A stretch of 64,000 nt of DNA, from assembly GCA_029881035.1 (NCBI GenBank), contig JAOUNI010000001.1:95504-159503 (forward strand). The letters are read 5' to 3'. Positions 61,757-64,000 of the stretch are shown here, one piece after another. The stretch comes from Gammaproteobacteria bacterium (GTDB lineage Bacteria; Pseudomonadota; Gammaproteobacteria; SZUA-229). The translations under genes and the position numbers were made by a program. The notes beneath the pieces were generated by a model. It was not told where the DNA came from. It worked only from the letters and a program-made list of their open reading frames with translations, and made no database searches. Within the stretch, counting starts at the first letter, position 1; each line of letters begins with the position of its first letter.

Positions 61757-63475
61757 GTGAGCTATATATTTAATATGGTTAAACACGCCGCAAAAGTTAT
61801 TTCCCTTGTATTGTTTGCTACCGTGGCCACTCAGGTCACGGCCAGTCAGATAGCGGACAATGAAAAAACCGGATTTCAACCTGCCGTGGCCAGTGCTCAT
61901 CCTCTGGCTACTCAAGCTGGTATTGAAATATTAAAAATGGGTGGTAATGCTTTTGATGCCGCCGTAGCAGTTAGTGCGGCGCTGGCAGTGGTTGAACCTT
62001 ATGGTTCCGGTTTAGGTGGTGGTGGTTTCTGGTTGCTGCATATTGCCAAAGACCATGATGACGTCATGATTGATGGTCGCGAGCGTGCCCCTTTGGCAGC
62101 CAGACGCGACATGTATCTGGATGAAAATGGTGATGTTATTTCTGGTGCATCAATCAATGGACCGTTAGCAGCAGGAATTCCGGGTACAGTGGCGGCACTT
62201 GAAAAACTGGCCAAACAATACGGAAGCTTGCCCTTATCGACAACATTAGCTGCTGCCATTCGTTATGCTCGTGAAGGCTTTACCGTTGATCAACACTACA
62301 AAGAGATGGCAACACATCGGCAGAGCGCTTTACTGGCCTCTTTTGATGCGGCTGAGATTTTTTTACGCGATGATCTGGCCCCTGATACGGGTGAGATTAT
62401 TATTCAATCTGATCTGGCTAAAACATTGGAGTTGATTGCAAAGGATGGGGCAAAGGCTTTTTATACAGGTGAACTGGCAAAAAAAATGGTGGCTTCGGTT
62501 AATCAGCATGGCGGTCAATGGAGCATGCAAGATCTAGCCGATTATAAGGTGGTTGAACGTTCACCCGAAGTGATCGTATATAAAGGTATGCGTCTGGTGA
62601 CAGCATCACCACCTTCATCAGGTGGAATGGCGTTGGCAGAAATGCTCAATATGCTTTCATTCTTTAAGCTAGAAAAAATGCAACTGGTAGAGCGCATTCA
62701 TGTGCTGACAGAAGTCATGCGTCGTGCTTACCGTGATCGTGCTGAGCATCTGGGTGATCCAGATTTTATTGATGTGCCCACTGATTTACTAACATCGTCG
62801 GTCTATACCAATAAGCTGGTGAAGAGCATAAATAGAAAAAAAGCTACCCCCAGTGCCACTTTGAAACCCGTTGGTGACCCAATGGGAAATGGTGTAGACA
62901 CCACTCACTTTTCAATTATCGATGCTGAAGGTAATCGTGTTTCGGCGACCATGTCGATTAATTATCCTTTTGGTTCGGGTTTTGTCGCAGAAGGTACCGG
63001 TGTTTTACTTAATGATGAAATGGATGATTTTTCAGTCAAACCTGGCGTACCTAATGTTTATGGTCTGGTCGGTGCTGAAGCGAATTCCATAGCACCGGGC
63101 AAACGTATGTTGTCGAGTATGAGCCCCAGTTTTCTCGAAACTAGTGATCGTATTGCGGTACTTGGCACACCGGGCGGTAGTCGTATTATCAGCATGGTGC
63201 TGCTGTCCATGCTTGATTTTTATCAGGGGGGCGATGCTGAGAGCATGGTGAAGCTCGGTCGTTTTCATCATCAGTATCTACCCGATAAAATTAGTTATGA
63301 GCCGGGAGTTTTTGATACGGATGTAGTCGAAGCGTTAATGGCTATGGGGCATCAACTTGAAGCTTTATCCGGTACCTATGGCAACATGCATGTTGTTGTC
63401 GCTAATAAAAAAAATTACCATGTTGAAGCAGCTTCTGATTCGCGAGGCCAGGGGCAGGCAATAGTACTTCAGTAG
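61757..63475 (+). CDS. ggt: Gamma-glutamyltransferase
   Basis: GGNAFDAAVA, GLGGGGF, IDGRERAP, autocleavage TTHFS, LLNDEMDDF, LSSMSP, PGGSRI; alternative ATG at 61775. Confidence 0.96.
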   Translation: MSYIFNMVKHAAKVISLVLFATVATQVTASQIADNEKTGFQPAVASAHPLATQAGIEILKMGGNAFDAAVAVSAALAVVEPYGSGLGGGGFWLLHIAKDHDDVMIDGRERAPLAARRDMYLDENGDVISGASINGPLAAGIPGTVAALEKLAKQYGSLPLSTTLAAAIRYAREGFTVDQHYKEMATHRQSALLASFDAAEIFLRDDLAPDTGEIIIQSDLAKTLELIAKDGAKAFYTGELAKKMVASVNQHGGQWSMQDLADYKVVERSPEVIVYKGMRLVTASPPSSGGMALAEMLNMLSFFKLEKMQLVERIHVLTEVMRRAYRDRAEHLGDPDFIDVPTDLLTSSVYTNKLVKSINRKKATPSATLKPVGDPMGNGVDTTHFSIIDAEGNRVSATMSINYPFGSGFVAEGTGVLLNDEMDDFSVKPGVPNVYGLVGAEANSIAPGKRMLSSMSPSFLETSDRIAVLGTPGGSRIISMVLLSMLDFYQGGDAESMVKLGRFHHQYLPDKISYEPGVFDTDVVEALMAMGHQLEALSGTYGNMHVVVANKKNYHVEAASDSRGQGQAIVLQ

Positions 63476-63484
63476 CGGTCGCGT

Positions 63485-63760
63485 TTATTCGAGGCCAAAA
63501 CTTTCTCGTTCCTGCTGGGCTGTATGTGATTCGGCTGCCTTAGCTTTTTCGATAGCCAGCAATAGATTGGTTCGTTCTTTATCTGCCATACCCATATTTA
63601 CATAGCGGTCGGCAGCTTTGAGTACCTCTTCAAGATATCCGATACGGTAGTTGTGGCTGAGTAATGTCTTTGCCAGAAAAAATGGATCCATCATTTTTTC
63701 ACGCATCTGGATCGCCATTTTAAGGGCGCTGTCGAGTTCTTCGTCACTGGGTTTTGGCAT
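63485..63760 (-). CDS. Small helical hypothetical protein
   Basis: Likely start MPKPSDEEL (ATG 63760), 91 aa, convergent with ggt; no recognised motif. Confidence 0.65.
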   Translation of the reverse strand: MPKPSDEELDSALKMAIQMREKMMDPFFLAKTLLSHNYRIGYLEEVLKAADRYVNMGMADKERTNLLLAIEKAKAAESHTAQQERESFGLE

Positions 63761-63916
63761 TGGCTTTACCTTTTGTAGCAATTTTACATCTGTAAATATT
63801 ATAGCCGTGATTTCGGTATATTTTTTAAAATAATCTTGCGTATAAAAAAGCACCAGTATTAAGCCGGTGCTAAAAGCAGATGATCAAGGTCTGCAGGAGT
63901 CTTGCATTATTGTAGT

Positions 63917-63956
63917 TATCCGTCGATCAACACTTCACCGTATTGGCCGACGGATA
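63917..63956. repeat. Imperfect long hairpin, possible terminator or processing stem
   Basis: Minus strand UAUCCGUCGGCCAAUAC-GGUGAA-GUGUUGAUCGACGGAUA, about 16 pairs including G-U. Confidence 0.5.
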
Positions 63957-63969
63957 GAAGGTCTATATC

Positions 63970-64000
63970 TTAGAATTTGGCGATAATGCCAGCAACCATT
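63970..64000 (-). CDS. Possible C-terminus of a gene entering from beyond the window (...MVAGIIAKF*)
   Basis: Open minus frame ending in TAA at 63970-63972, just before the hairpin; too short to identify. Confidence 0.3.
   Translation of the reverse strand, partial: MVAGIIAKF

Overview
A core-genome window from a Gammaproteobacterium; gene order resembles Pseudomonas/Chromatiales-type organisms, but the taxon cannot be fixed from this window. In order it contains: type II secretion gspC-D-E (gspE cut by the edge), metX-metW, proC-yggT-yggU, three tandem pilus retraction ATPases (pilT, pilU, pilU-like), gshB-apbE-tonB-yqgE-yqgF-pyrR-pyrB-pyrC', Pil-Chp chemosensory genes pilG-H-I-J-chpA-chpC, rsmE, metK-ahcY-metF, pilMNOPQ-aroK-aroB-dgt-dnaG opposite PBP1A, rpsU-yqeY-hemE, tsaD, plsY, bioH-bioC, three accessory envelope genes, ftsY-E-X-rpoH, an M16 peptidase pair, rsmD, coaD, a ferredoxin and ggt. 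I saw no mobile element, CRISPR array, tRNA or rRNA. The best signals are non-coding. (1) A SAM-II-type riboswitch with a terminator/antiterminator lies before metK, and an SAH riboswitch that can pair over the start codon lies before ahcY, giving a possible two-riboswitch SAM/SAH circuit in one operon. (2) A CIRCE (HrcA) operator overlaps a sigma-E-type promoter in front of rpoH. The best candidate for an uncharacterised protein system is the exported LPP20-like plus CsgG/TolB-N-like gene pair at 50.4-53.1 kb, followed by a perfect 61-bp palindrome. All calls come from reading by eye; no database searches were run.
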